From Camelus ferus (Eukaryota), in assembly GCF_009834535.1 (NCBI RefSeq), contig NC_045696.1, forward strand, positions 57,104,001-57,168,000: a stretch of DNA of 64,000 nucleotides, given 5' to 3'. Made by a program: the position numbers and the translations under genes. The notes below the pieces were generated by a model. It did not search any database. It was not told the origin of the DNA and saw only the letters and a program-made list of their open reading frames with translations. Below, one piece after another: positions 40,082 to 54,426 of this stretch; position 1 is the stretch's first letter; the number at the start of each line of letters is the position of its first letter.

Positions 40082-42891
40082 TATTTCATATATTCAAGGA
40101 GATAGAAGAAAGCACCAGTATGTTAAGAGACATGGGAAATATAAAAAAGATCTGAGTTAAACTTCTAGAAGTAAAATATACACCAGATGGGATGAACAAC
40201 AGAATTGACACTGAAAAAGAAAAATTACTGAACTCAAAGATGTACCACTCAAAATGAAACAGAGGAAAAAACCAGAATCAGTGAACAGAGAATGAGTCAG
40301 CTATTGTCCAACTTCAAGCTGCTTAATAAACATACAATAGGAGTCCCAGGAAAGGATAGAGATGATGGGACAGAAAAATGTTTGAAAAAGTAATGCCAAC
40401 AATCTTTCTAATTTGATGAACATGTAAATCCACAGATCAAAGAAGGTTAATGAACTATGAACTTCAAGTATAAGAAACATGAAGAAAATTACACCAAAGC
40501 ACGTCATAATCAAAATTTGTAAAAAAAAAAAAAAAAAAAAGCCAACAACAGCAACAAAATGTGTGTGTGTATATATATATATGTATATATATATGTATGT
40601 ATAAACACATAGAGGAACAAATATAGAAGAATAACAGCAGACTTCTCAAATTATATGAACTAACAGACAGTGGAAGAACATTTTCAAAGTACTGAAAGAA
40701 ATTGTCAATCTACAATTCTATACTTGACAAAGTATCATTAAAAAATGAAGGTAAAATAGATATTTCACAGACACAAAAGCTTAAAGAATCCAGTATTAGA
40801 AAATCAGCACTACAAGAAACATTATAGGAAGCCCTTCAGGAAAAAGGAAAATACCAAAAGGAAATCTAGATCTACACAGAAATGGAGAACAATGGAAATG
40901 GTAAATACATGGGTAAGTAAAAAATACTTGGTTTGTAAATCTCTAAAAGATAACTGATGACTGGAAACATCCAAATATTCATCAATGGGTAAACAGTTAA
41001 ACAAATTGTGGCATATCCATACAGTGGAATACTTCTCAGCAATGAAAAGAAATGAGCTCTTGATACACACAACAGCATGTTGGAATTGCAACCTATTCAC
41101 AGTGAGTGAAAGAAGCCAGACAAAAATCAAGTAAAAACTGTATGATTGCTCTAATACACAATTCTGTGAAATGCAAATTAATGTATAGTAACAGAAAGTA
41201 CATGAGTGGTTGTTGAGGGTAGAGGCCAATGGGGAGAGGCAACATAGAGGGATTACAAGTATAAATGAGGAAACTGAGGGGAGGTGATGGATGTATTATT
41301 TTTAGTGTGAAATTAACAACAGATCAGTGGTTGTCAGTTTTAAATGTGTACAGTTTATTGTATGTCAATTAACCTCAACCTCTGCTGAGGAATGTACTTG
41401 ACAAATAAGTATCAATTATCCAAGAATGAGGGGGAACAATGACTTTTTCAGACATCCAAAAACTAGCAGTTTACCATCTGTGGACTGTTAGTTTACATTT
41501 TAAGTGCTAGCCAATGCAGTTAAGTAAAGGGAAAATATATTATGTATATGTATTCAAAATAATGTGACTAAAGTTTTTATATTTATAGGGGATAAAATTT
41601 TATACCTGAAATCTCAAGAGAATCAACTTAAAAACTAATAAAAAAATAGAGTGACTTTTTAATATATGGCTGGTTACAAAATTCATACCCCAGAAGAAAA
41701 GGCTTTGCTACAAATAAACAAAAGTCAACTTTAAAATGGGGAAACTTATTTATAATGCTATCAAAAAGATAAAATATGTAGTAATAAACTTGAATCCAAA
41801 GGATCTGTGTAAAAATGATTTTAACCTCTATTAAGGAACATTAAAAGGACTTGAATTAATAAGACATACATTGCTTTGTTGCTTTTGGACAAGAAGACTT
41901 GAAATTGGTATACAGTTTATATTTTAGAAATAAATAATTCCACTGAAAATAACTGATTTTTCAGAAGAGTAAAACTGATGATTTAAAAATTCATCTGAAA
42001 AAGTAACCATGTAATATAGGCAGGAAATTCTGAAAAACAAGAGTCATAAATGAGGTCTAGCCGCACAAATAAGTTAAATACAGTATAAAATTACAGTTTA
42101 CAGTTTAAAACAAATTATATAACTGTTACTCATACCAGTTTTGGTACAGATGTATAAAAAAAGTTGAATCAGTAGAACAAAACAGGAAATACAGAAAGAG
42201 ACCCAAAAGCATACAGAAATTTTGTCATTGTAAATAAGTAGGCTTGAAAGTCAGGTAGGTCATTCAATAAATAAAGATAGGTCATTCAATTGTTGTTGGG
42301 ATGACTAACCTAGGCATCTGAAAAATAATCTCCTTAAACCAAAGTAAGTTCCCATAAAAAAAAATATAAATGTATAGAGAAAAACCATAAAAATGCTAGA
42401 AAAAGACATGAGAAATATATATTACAATATTCTTGGAGTAAAGAAGGCTTTGCTAAAGATAACATAAAATTCAGTACCAATATAAAACCAAAACAAACAA
42501 ATGGTTGATAAACTTCATTATGTAAAAATAGAGTAAAAAAGGACAGCCTGCAATCAATCTGACAGATAAGACTAGTTTCTATAATGTGCAAAGTGCTCAT
42601 ACATTAAAAACAAGGAAGAAAACACTAGAAAAATTTACAAAGGTTAAGTACTGGGAGTTCACTGAGAAAGAAATATGCGTCTTTAAAATAAATTAAAATG
42701 TGTCCAATACTCATTATTAAAGAAATGAATATTAAACAGTATTTTTCCCATCAACAAATATCAAAGTATTGTACAAAGCAAAATTTTGGTGAAGATATGA
42801 GGAGACTAGAGTTCTTATATACTGTTGGTGGGAATGTAAATTGCTTAAACCGTTTTGGAAACCATTTGCAATCAAAGTCTAAAATGCATAT

Positions 42892-43050
42892 TTTTTTTTC
42901 CTTTTTTTGGTGGGGGTAGATAATTGTTTTTATTCATTTTCTTTTATTTATTTACTTTTAAAAAAAATTTAACGGAGGTATGGGGGATTGAACCCAGCAC
43001 CCTCATGCATGCTAAGCATGCACTTTACCACTGAGCTATAACTGCCACCT
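42892..43050 (-). mobile_element. Camelid-type tRNA-derived SINE, antisense
   Basis: ggggattgaacccag...gcatgctaagcatgcactttaccactgagctata. TSD taaaatgcatat at 42880-42891 and 43051-43062. Confidence 0.88.
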
Positions 43051-45163
43051 TAAAATGCATATTCTTTTGCCAAGCAATTTCAATTCTGAGAATTCATTCT
43101 ACAGATATAATCACACATGTTTACAAAGAAGTATTACTATGATCATTAAAGTTTGTTTTGAGATAGTGAAAGACTGAAAGCCTAATGCCCATTAATAAAG
43201 AAGTAGTCAAATTAATTGTTGAATAGCCCTAAAAACAAAAAACTCATAAGCTTTTTCAAAGTTTAGGTAAATTTGTTCATACTGGGAGGGAAGGATGATT
43301 TTACCCACATGCATATATCTTTTAGACACCAGTATCAAATGTCAGGAATAAAAAGATTTTGTTAAGAAATGAGTAATATAGAAACTCAAGATTTAATCTC
43401 TTTGGAGACTATATTTAGACAAACTTCTTTCTTATTTGGTTACCTCAGCATACATCGTGGGGTTTTTTTTGTTTGTTTGTTTGTTTGTTTTTTACCTCTT
43501 TCTTCCCACTCATTGTGGGACTGGATGTGAACAATTACTCATATGGTTCAGTATGTCAGTTTGCTTCTTCAGCATCAATCAAGATATACTGGCATTTTAT
43601 TGTTATAATTTGTTATTTCAAGTTATGGCCCAAGATGACAACATAGGAGACTTCTAAACTGATACACCAAATCTACAGCTACACATGGAGCAATTTCCTC
43701 TGAAAGAAGTCCAAAACTAGCTGATTGACTTCTCAAGATTGGATGAAGGAGAAAATACCCACATGTAAATGGGTCTTGGCATACCCTCAAATACTGGGAG
43801 CCACTAAGAACAAAAATGAGCTTGGACAATCTCAAAGGATTGAGAGACCACCAAGAGCTCCTGCCAGGCTGAATGATAATGTTCACCTCCTATAGAAGGC
43901 CACTCCATCAAGCCTAGAAGAGGTGGCTGTTTTGAATATTGTAAAACCAACACTGAGAGTCAAAGAAAAGGAAGAAGCAGGAATATAATCCAAACAAGAG
44001 AAAAAGATAAAACTCCAGAAACAGGCCTTAATGAAACAAAGATAAATGACTTACCTATGGTAATGGTAATAAGGATGCTTACCAAGTTCAGAAGTGCAAT
44101 GCATTGAATGAAGTGAGAATTTAAACAAAGAGATAGAAAATACATCCAAGTACCTACCAAACAGAAATCACAGACCTGAAGAATACAATTACTGCACAGT
44201 AAAATTTAACAGAAGGCTTCAACAATAGACTAGATGAAGCAGAAAAAGGATCAATGAACTCTAAGACAGGACAGTGGATTTCATACAGAGAAGAAAAGAA
44301 TGAAAAAAGAAGATTACTTAAGGGACTTATAGGACAACATTAAGTGGGCCAGGATTCATATTATAGGGATCCCAGATGGAGAAAAGAGAAAGAAAAGGAA
44401 GAAACTTATTTGAAGAAATAATGGCTGAAAACGTCCCTAATCTGGGGAAGGAAACACATTTGGATCCAGGAAGCCCAGAAAGTTCAAAATAAGATAAATC
44501 TGAAGAGATCTATACCAAGATACATAATTGTCAAAAATTAAAGACAAGGAAAGAATGTTAAAAGCAACAAGAGCAAGATAACATGTTACATACAACGGAA
44601 TTTCCCATAAGACCATAATGTGTAGACCATAATGGAGTCGCATGATAAATTCAAAGTGCTGACAGAAAAAAAAAAATGCCAACCAAGAAACCTCTACCTG
44701 GCAAATTTGTCCTTCAGAACTGAAGTAGAGGTAAAGAATCTTCCAGACAAGTGAAAGCAGAAAGAGTTCTTCACCACTAGACCAGCCTACAAATATTATT
44801 AAAGGTATTTCTTTAATTTGAAGCAAAAGAGTGTTAATTAGTAACAGGAAAACATATAAAAGTATAAACCCCACTGGTAAAGGTAAATATATAGTAACAT
44901 TAAGAATAATTTAATGCTGTAATGGAGGTAGGTTGATCACTAAAAAATCTAGTATGAAGGCTAAAAGACAAAAATAGTAAAAATAACTATAGCTAAAATA
45001 ATTTATTAGTGGATACACAAGATAAAAAGATGTAAATTGTGGCATCAAAACACAAATTTGGGAGGGAGGGTAAAAATGTACAGTTTTAGAATGCATTTGA
45101 ACTTAAGTTGTTATGGACTTAAAATAGACTGTTATAAATATGTTTCTATACCTAGAACTAATA

Positions 45164-45326
45164 TAGTCATCCCTTGGTATCCAAGGGGGATTAGTTCTAG
45201 GACTCCCTGCAGTTACCAAAATCTGCAGATGCCCAAGTCCTTTATATAAAATGGCATAGTACAGTCAGCCCTCTGTATCTGAGGGTTCTATGGTTGGTTG
45301 AATCCATGGATACAGAGGTACAATGT
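45164..45326 (+). mobile_element. MER2-like (Tigger) short element inside the L1
   Basis: agtcatcccttggtatccaagggggattagttctaggac...caagtcctttatataaaatggcatagta and ggttggttgaatccatggatacagagg. Confidence 0.8.
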
Positions 45327-47877
45327 TCTATGTCAAAGAAATACATCAAGTTTGAAGCAACTGAAATAAATAACTAATGTTTTATATAAGCCTCATGGTA
45401 GCCACAAAACAAAAACCTATACTAGATAACATTAAAGAGAAAGGAATCTAAGCACACCACTACAGAAAAGCATCCAATCACAATGGAAGAGAACAAAAGA
45501 AGAAAGGAACAAAGCAATTGTAAAACAGCCAGAAAACAATTAACAAAGTGGCAATAAGTACATACCTATCAATAGTAAGTCTAAATATAAATGGACTAAA
45601 CTATTCAATCAAAAGACAAAAAGTGGCTGAATGGAGTTAAAAAAAAACAAGATACAGGTATATGCTGCCTACAAGAGACTCACTTTCGTTTTAAATACAC
45701 ATAAGATAGAGACTAAAGGGGTGGAAAAAGATATTTCATTTCATGCAAATGGTAAACAAAAGAAAGCTAGGTGGCTATACTTGTGACAAATAAAAAAGAC
45801 TTTAAATCAAGGATTATCACAAGAGACAGAGAAGGTCATTAAATAATGGTAAAGGGGTCAATTCAACAAGAGGATATATTTCTAAATATCTAGGCACCCA
45901 ACTTAGGAGCACTTAAATATATAAAGCAAATATTAGCAGACATAAAGAGAGAAATAAACAATACAAATAGTAGGAAAATATCCCACTTTCATCAATGGAC
46001 AGTTCATCAGACAAAAAAAAAAATCAATAAAGCAACATGGGATTTAAATGACACATTAGACCAGATGAACATAACTGACATTTACAAAACATTCCATCCA
46101 AAAGAAAAAGAATACATAGTCTTTTCAAGCACATTGGGAACATTTGCCAGAATAAATTGTATCTTAGGCCACAAAAGGAGTCTTAATAAATGTTAAGAAG
46201 ATTGAAATCATATCAAGTCCTTTTTCTGACCACAGTGTTATGAAATTAGAAATCAATTGCAAGAAGAAAACTGGAAAATTCATAAGTATACAGAGATTAA
46301 ACAACATGCTTCTGAACAACCAGTGTGTCAAAGAAGAAATCAAATGAAAAAATTAAATCTTGACACAAGTGAAAATGGAAATACAACACACCAAAACTTA
46401 TGGTATGCAGCAAAATCATTTCTAAGAGGGAAGTTCATAGTGATAAATACCTACATTAAGAAACAAGAAAATTTCAAACGATCCAACTTTATACCTCAAG
46501 AACTAGAAAAAGGGCAAATGAAGCCCAAAATTAGTAGAAGGAAATAAAGATCAGAGCAGAAATAAATAAAATAGAGACTAAAACAACAGTAGGAAAGATC
46601 AATGAAAGAGCTGGTTTTTTGAAAAGACAAAATATACAAACCTTAGCCAGTTTCACCAAAGAAGATATAAGCCTAAAATAAATAAAATCAGAAAGAGGAG
46701 ACATTACAAGTGATACCACAAAAATAAAAGAGATTGTAAGATCCTACTATGAACAACTGCATGCCAATAAATTGGAGAACCTAGAAGAAATGGATACATT
46801 CTTTAAAAATACAACCTGTCAGGACCAAATCATGAATAGAAAATCTGAATAGACCAATTACTAATAAAGATATTAAATTAGTAATCAAAAACCTAACAAA
46901 AGTCCAGAACCAGATGGCTTCACTGGTGAATTCTACCAAACATTTAAAGAAGAATTATTAACAACACTTCTCAACTTCTTCCAAAAAAATAGAGGATGGA
47001 ACACTTCAAACTCATTTTACAAGGCCAAGATTACCTGGATACCAAAGCCAGAAAAGGACACTATAAGTGATGAAAATAGCAGGCCAATATCTCTGATGAA
47101 CATACATACAAAGTCTTCAAATATTATCAAAAGTCAACAATACTTCAAGAAGATCTTATGATCAAGTAGGATTTATTCCACAGATGAAAGGATGGTTCAG
47201 CATCTGTAATTAATGCAATATATAGTAACAAAAAGGAAGAATAAAATGATATAATCTTCTCAATAGATGCAGGAAAAGCATTTGATAAAATTCAGTATCT
47301 ATTTTTAATAAAAATTCACAACAAAGTGGGCATAGAGGGAATGTGCCTCAACATAATAAAGACCATATATGACAAGGCCACAACATACTCAGCCATGAAG
47401 AACTGAAAGCTTTTCCTCTAAGTTCAGGAACAAGACAACTATGCCCATTCTCACCACTTTCATTCAACAGTGTACTGGAAGTTCTAGCTAGAACAATAAG
47501 GCAAAAATAAATTAAGGGCATCTGAGTCAGAATGGAAGAAATAAAATTTTACTTTCAGATGACATAATATTTATAGAAAATCCTAAATACTCCACCAAAA
47601 ACTGGTAGAACTAATCAACAAATATAGCAAAACTCCAAGATAGAAAATCAATATACTAATCAACTGCATTTCTATGCATCAACAACAAACTATCAGAGAA
47701 ATTAAGAAAACAATCCCATTTACAATCACATTAAAGAATAAAATACCTAAGAATAGATTTCAACCAGAGTTGAAATAGCTGTACATTGAAAATTATGACG
47801 TTAATGAAAGAAATTAAATAAGACACAAATAAATGGAAAGATATTCCATGCTCATGAATTGGAAGAATTAGTATTTC

Positions 47878-47965
47878 TTTAATGTTGGTACTGGGTATTG
47901 AACCCAAGACCTCATGCATGCAAATCACGTGCTCGACAACTGAGCTACACCCACTCCCCACCCCC
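47878..47965 (-). mobile_element. Short camelid-type SINE, antisense, inside L1 ORF2
   Basis: ggtactgggtattgaacccaagacctcatgcatgc..actgagctacaccc. Confidence 0.82.
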
Positions 47966-48383
47966 AATACTGTAAAAATGTTCATACAACCCAAAGCACT
48001 ATACAGATTTAATGCAATACTCTATCAAAATCCCAGTGGTATTTTTTTTATAGAAATAGAACAAACAATCTTAAAATTTGAATGGAACCACAGAAGACCC
48101 CAAATAGCCAAAGTAATCTTGAGAAAGAAGAACAAAACTACAGCCATCACACTCCCTGACTTCAGACTATACTGCAATGGTACAGTAATCAAAACAGTAT
48201 GATATTGGCACAAAAAGACACACACAGATCAATGGAACAGAAGAGAGCCCAGAAATAAACTCATGCATGTATGGTCAATTAACTTACAACAAAGAAGCTA
48301 AGAATATACAATAGGGAAAGCATCTTCTCTGATAAATAGTTCTGGGAAAACTTGACAGCAACATGCAAAGGAATGAAACTTGT

Positions 48384-48472
48384 AGGGAGTGAAACATTCA
48401 GTGCTAGAGTGTATGCTTAGCATGCACAAGGTCCTGGGTTCAATCTCCAATACCATCATTAAAAAAAAAAGA
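48384..48472 (+). mobile_element. Short camelid-type SINE inside L1 ORF2
   Basis: tcagtgctagagtgtatgcttagcatgcacaaggtcctgggttcaatctcca plus A tail. Confidence 0.82.
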
Positions 48473-51400
48473 GAATATGATGTAAAATAGTGGTTAAGTT
48501 TTAAAGAGAAATGACTCAAATGGATTAAAGACTTGAATGTATGACCTGAAACCATAAAGCAGAAGAAAACATAGGCAATATGCTCTTTGACATCAGTCTT
48601 AGCAATATTTTTTTGGATTTCACAACAAAAGCAAAAATAGACTTCATCAAGCTAAAAAGCTTCTGCACAACAAATGAAACCATCAGCAAATGAAAAGGCA
48701 ACCTACAGAATGGGAGAAAATATTTGCAAATCATCTGATAAGGGATTAATATCCAAACTATATAAAGAGGTCATAAAACTCAATAGCAAAACTCAAAAAA
48801 TCTGATTTTAAAATGGGCAGAGGAACTGAACACTTTTCCGAAGTCAAGATGGAAATGGCCAAGAAGTTCATGAAAAAGTGCTCAACATCACTTACCTTTA
48901 GGGAAATGCAAATCAAAACCACAATGAGATATCATCTCACACATGTTGGAATAGTTATTATCAAGAAGATGAGATAACCAGTATTTATGAGGATGTGGAG
49001 GGAAAAACTCTTGTGCATTACTGGTGCACAAATTAGTCCAGTGACTTTGAAAAACAATACAGAGTTTCCTCAAAAAATGAAAAATAGAACTACCACATGA
49101 CCCAGCAATTCCACTTCTGGGTATATATGATATTAAGATATATCTGCACTCCCATGTTTATTTCATCATTATTCACAATAGCCAAGATATGGAAACAACC
49201 TAAGTGTCCATCAACAGATGTATGGATAAAGATGTCACACATACACACACACACAGAATGTTATTCAGTCATGAAAAGGGTAGAAACTGTACCATTGGTA
49301 ACAACATGGATGACCTTGAGGGCATTATGTGAAGTGAAACAAGCCAGATAGAAAAAAACAAATGCTGCATGGTATCACTTATATGTTGACTCTTAAAAAA
49401 AAGAAAAAGTCAAACTCATAGAGAGTAAAATAGTGGTTGCCAGGGGCTGATGAGAGGGAAAAATAGGGCAAGATGTGTAAAAGGGTACAAACTTTCAACT
49501 ATAAGATGAGTAAGTTCTGAGGATCTAATGTAAAACATTGTGATTATCATGGCAAGGCTGTAATGTATAATGGAAATTTGCTAATAGAGTAGAACTAAGT
49601 GTCTGCACCAAAAAAAAAAAAAAATATGTGAGGAGGTATGTGAGGAGATGGGTGTGTTAACTAGATTGTGTTAAGTCCTTCCTAGTGTATATGTATATCA
49701 AATCAATGTATACTTTAAATATCTGATAATTTTATATGTCAGTTATACCTAAAGCTAAAATTTTAAAAATAAGTCAATTGCTCTCCCAAGTTAAAACATT
49801 TTGCTCATCAGTGACAAAGCCTAAGGCAGCATTTCAGTAAAAGATCATTTTCTGAAAGACTGTAAATTTCAGCCCCAAAAGTTTTTAAACATTCAGTTAA
49901 ATAAATGCAATAGAAATTAAACTTGAAAAAAAAAAGGGAAATTATTAGTAAACAGGAAGAAGCCCTTTGAAACCTTGGATTTCAGAGAATAAACATTCAG
50001 CTGAGTATAAACATGAAATTGTTCAAAGCATTTTAGCTTTGACAATGAAATCATAGCCATGAAAAATTTACTGCAGAAGAATCCAATTAAAACTGGGAAT
50101 AAAAATTAAGCTGACTTCAAGGAGAGGACTGTGATTTAGTCCCTTTGGGCCTTCAGCTTAAAATTCTTCAGAAAAAAGTCCTAAAAATGTAAGAGCTTAA
50201 ACACCTCAGAAGTGTCAGCAAAAAATTAGAGAAAAATGATATAACTTATTACTTTTTTGACAGTTAAAAAAAAAAAAAAACACTGACATAAAGACAAAAC
50301 TCATGTAAACCTCAGTTTTAGTGAGTATGATGGCAGAGATACCCTGCTATACCAGGTCACCAGTCACACAGCTCCTAGCATGTTGTCCCCAGCGTCATCA
50401 ATGCTGAGCCACTGACAGCCATGTCCTAACTGAAACAGAACTTCACTCCAGTGTGGTTGTGCACTGTTTTTGGCTGCAAAGCTTTTGAGTATACCTCACA
50501 GGTTCTCCCTGAGATTGTAAGCTGCCTAATATCCTTTAGTAAATTATTTTCCTACTTAAATTGATCAAGCAAACAATAACATTAAGTCAATTAACAAAAT
50601 CAAGTTCTCAAACCAGAGTTATATAACTAATGATTAAGAAGGGAGGGAGGGAAAGAAGAGTTACCTCAACTATAAAAGCAAGCAAAGGTTAAGTACTGTA
50701 GGTTTTCAAACATTTTAACCAACTGTTCGATTTGGCTCTATTTTATATAGTTAAATGCAAATTTATTTATTTTCATGAAGTTTAAATTCAATGCTTATTT
50801 TGATTTAGTATTATGTTCAACATTTATTTCACCATAGAATCACCCTCTGTGGCATAGGCATAATACTAATATTCATTGTCTAGGAATTGTATGGCATATT
50901 AGCTTAACAAGACTAGTTTACCAAGTATTAAATTAAATCTTCATTTACATACTTCTGTAATGCTTGGGCAAGGACTATGTTAAAATAATTTCAATGGGAG
51001 GCAATAAGCCATTTTTCAGTAAATCACTCTTGTACCTTACTCTATACAATACACTAAAATAAATCTTGACTTAAAGATACAAGAGAAATCAGCTAATTTA
51101 AAGAAATTTGTAATTTGGGGGGGATCGTCTGTAAAATAAAGAATAACAATTTCCCATTTGCTTTAATCTGCTTATTGTTACAAGGGTGAACTTTTTTAGA
51201 ATGTTAAATTTTCTCTAAATGGCATAGAGCACTACAGCTGGGCTAAAACATCACTGTAATCAGGGAGCAGTTGTAGGAAACAGAAACCATTCTAGTTCTA
51301 TTATGTGGAAAGTGATTCAATACAAGAAACTAGATGCACATCAAGTCATTGAAAGGTTGGAGACGTAAACTCTAAATTTAGACTACAGGTATGACTCTCA

Positions 51401-51679
51401 GAATATGGTCATCAAACAGATTCACTGTGGAAGGAGACACCTTTGCTACTGTTAGAAACAAAATCAGAAGACTACTGTCAATCAATTATTGAGCTGAAGA
51501 GCATATTGTTATAATACAATATAATATATACACACACACATACACACACACTACAGCTGCCTCTTGACATACAAAAAACTTGAGACTGGACACTGGAATG
51601 AAAGTAAAATCTCCATTGCAATAACACCAAAGCAGCAGAAATACTGCTCCCATTCATTTTCAAAATCACTTGCCAGACT

Positions 51680-52003
51680 TTTTGAAGCCCTAAGCCACTA
51701 TGTAAAAAGGCCACCATGCTGTGAGGAAGGCCAAGACTCCAAAAGAAGTCATTGACTTTCCAAAATGAGCTCAAACTTTGCGTCATTCTAGCCCAGACAC
51801 GTGAGTAAAGAAGCCTGCAAAGGATTCCAAGCCCTAGGTATTCAAGCATTCCCAGCTGATACCCCAGACCTTATGGATGTAATATCCCCACCTTGCCTTA
51901 GTCTAAGTCCTTGCCCACAGAATCTGTAAGTATAATAAAATGGTAGTTATTTTACATTATTAACATTTGGAGCAGTTTTGTACAACAAGAGTGAACCAAA
52001 ACA
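51680..52003 (+). mobile_element. MLT1 (MaLR) LTR fragment
   Basis: ccaccatgctgtgaggaagg..ccagacacgtgagtaaagaagcc..cccacagaatctgtaagtataataaaatgg. Confidence 0.75.
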
Positions 52004-53194
52004 CATAATATAGATATTTTATAAGTTTTAACAAGCATTTCAGAAACATTTTTAAAGATTTTAATACTGTATTATGTGATATTTACCACTCTTTACCTAA
52101 AACTTTATGCTTAATTGTAAAGGGTGGGTTGTTTCCAATTTTTATCTATAATAACTAAAACACAGTGAATACTTTTATTAATAGACATTTTTATGTTTCT
52201 TTTGTATTTAGAAATTATTATTTCTTTATCATAAATATCCAGAATGACTGTGGCTGGTCTATAACCAAATTTCTTTATATTTTGTATCAGTTCATATCTA
52301 TCTTGAATATTTACTGCGGTGAAAAAAATTTTCAAGCAAATTCACTTCCAGATACTTTAAAAAAAAATGTTTAACAGAAAGAAATCCTTTAAATAAATCA
52401 GTCCTCTTGAAAACAGGAGGATATGGCAAAAAATCTGGGCTGCCCATGTGTGGTAATGTCATTCAGACCTCATGAGTCAAACATGAGAAGCTGGGGAAAA
52501 TTTGTCCATACAGCAGGGCAGGGAGGGAAAGAACAGCATGTTGAGTATTCTAGTAATTGATACTGCCCATATTATGAGCTCAAATGAAACAATATTCACA
52601 TGAAAAGCCACCAAAAGGTGGTAATAGATAGGCAGGGACATTGGCTTAGCAAATCCAAAGAGTCCTAACTGAACAAATTGACTTTTCTCAGAGCACTGCC
52701 ATATACTCTTGTACCTCGTTAAGAGGATGTGACGAGGGCTGCAATCTGCCCCACATTGCTTTGGAAGAGCCCTAGAACAAGGCATCACACCTGCTGAAGG
52801 GGTAACTTTTCCTAACTATTGTACCCAGAATGGGGCTTATTTTTGCAGTTTATACCCCCAAAGTCATTTTCATTTTTTACTTCACTGTCCTTGTTAGTGC
52901 CAGCTGTTGCCCTCAATGTTCTTCCTATTTGTAAGACTAGATTTGATAGGGAAGCAGAGGTAGAGCTCTTAACTTCTGCTTCCCCATGGCTATCTCATCA
53001 TGTGATTGTTTCTGCCTTTCTATCTGGGAAATCTAAGATTTCTGAGATCTGTGTTAATATAGAAGATGACTGGTCCCAAAAGGCTTGGATCTCAATGTGC
53101 TTCACACGAGCTACTCCTAAACCCTATTAAATGTCTTCAAAATTGCTACTCCTTATCAAATATTTTAGCTGACCTTGTGGCAGTTTTTAAGCAT

Positions 53195-53405
53195 ACAGAC
53201 ACTGAGAAAATTTGGATTAGAATCCTGCCTCCATGAGTACTACTTATGTTATGTTAGATAATTTTCTGAACTTTTTTTCTGACCAATTTCCTCATCTGCA
53301 AAATCAGGATAATAAAGCACTACCTTGCATAGTTGTTGTGAAGATTAAATGAGTAATGTGTATAAAATGCCTGGCATTTAAGTATTCAATAATTGTTAAC
53401 TGTCA
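53195..53405 (+). mobile_element. MIR SINE
   Basis: tttcctcatctgcaaaatcaggataataaagcactaccttgcatagttgttgtgaagattaaatgag core. Confidence 0.85.
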
Positions 53406-53859
53406 TTTTTAAAAAATAGTAAAACACACTAGTGCATTTAAATGGTGAAACTTAATTCTCATCCTTGCACTTGGTACAAGGGAATCCAGGGAATGTGTAA
53501 TTTTTTTCAAACTCTTCATTACAGAAAGGCTGTACCAGAGTGGATACTGAGTGCCAGTTCTCTATGTCCAACATGGACATTAAACATGATTCTTCTTCAT
53601 TTAACTCTGCTATCCTTTGGATGACTAAAGAAGCACATTTAAAAATGCATTCTAAATATTGTAGAACTATGAGATGATATTTCAAATATGTAGCATTAAG
53701 AACATTTTAGTGCAGTTATTTCCAAGTTTTTAAATTGTATCAAAACAGAACTAAACTCACAAGTTCTAAATAAATAATACTATTGCCTTATCACATGAGC
53801 AGTTTTAATACTCTGGAACAAGAATGGCAATTACTAATTTTTGTTCAGAGTTTACCATT

Positions 53860-54050
53860 TATCAGTAAGTATTCTGGCATGTGACATATGTTATCACAAA
53901 AACTCCATGAGGTAGATAATAGTCCCAGTTTACAGAAGAGGAAACTAAAATGTGAACGTCTTTAATAATTTGTACAACTAGTAAGTAGTAGAACTAGGAT
54001 TTGAGCCCAGGCAGTCTGGCTGTAGAGTCAATATTCTTAAGTGCCATTCT
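53860..54050 (-). mobile_element. MIR SINE
   Basis: cccagtttacagaagaggaaact...aggatttgagcccaggcagtctggct. Confidence 0.85.
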
Positions 54051-54426
54051 CAACTTCACGGTAAAATGCTTCCTTTCTGTGTTTTAAACTCTAAGCACTT
54101 GAAAATAGGTGTATATTTAAATTATGCCAAATAAAGTCCACTACTATAACTTATTTTGTATTGCCATTAAATGGTAGAATACATAATGGGGACATAGAAC
54201 AAATTTTGAACTATGTTAACTAGTCAAATTAAATGATGAACTTATATTTAATAACTATGAAAAATTTGGCTAGCTACTGAAATTTTGACTAAATACTGAA
54301 ATAGTGAGCCATCTTTTTATAGTTTGATAAAAAGGAATTCTCACTTTTCCTTTATAATCTACTCACTTGGATTCATTTATATTAAGATTTAATTATGATA
54401 TTTATGCTGCCTTTTTCTCCGTACAG

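Larger units (their letters stand above)
39380..43300 (+). mobile_element. Old L1 fragments (ORF1, deleted 3' end, then an L1ME-like ORF2 remnant)
   Basis: ORF1-like motifs (aatgtttgaaaaagtaatgcc, gtcaatctacaattctata), 3'UTR at about 40960-41380, degenerate ORF2 at 41490-43300. Confidence 0.75.
43622..49770 (+). mobile_element. Near full-length, decayed L1 (5'UTR, ORF1, ORF2, L1MA9-like 3' end)
   Basis: Colinear 5' end (caagatgac..), ORF1 about 43950-44830, ORF2 from about 45540 (endonuclease, RT, C-terminus), and 3'UTR gggtacaaactttcaactataagatgagtaagttctgaggatctaatg. Many stops and frameshifts. Confidence 0.92.

Noticed and set aside
43622..49770. Active full-length L1
   Set aside because: ORF1 and ORF2 are broken by many stops, frameshifts and nested SINE/MER2 insertions.
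50330..51480. Possible old ERVL/MaLR LTR fragments at about 50330-50570 and 51255-51480
   Set aside because: Only weak motif resemblance. Family and boundaries cannot be supported without a profile search.
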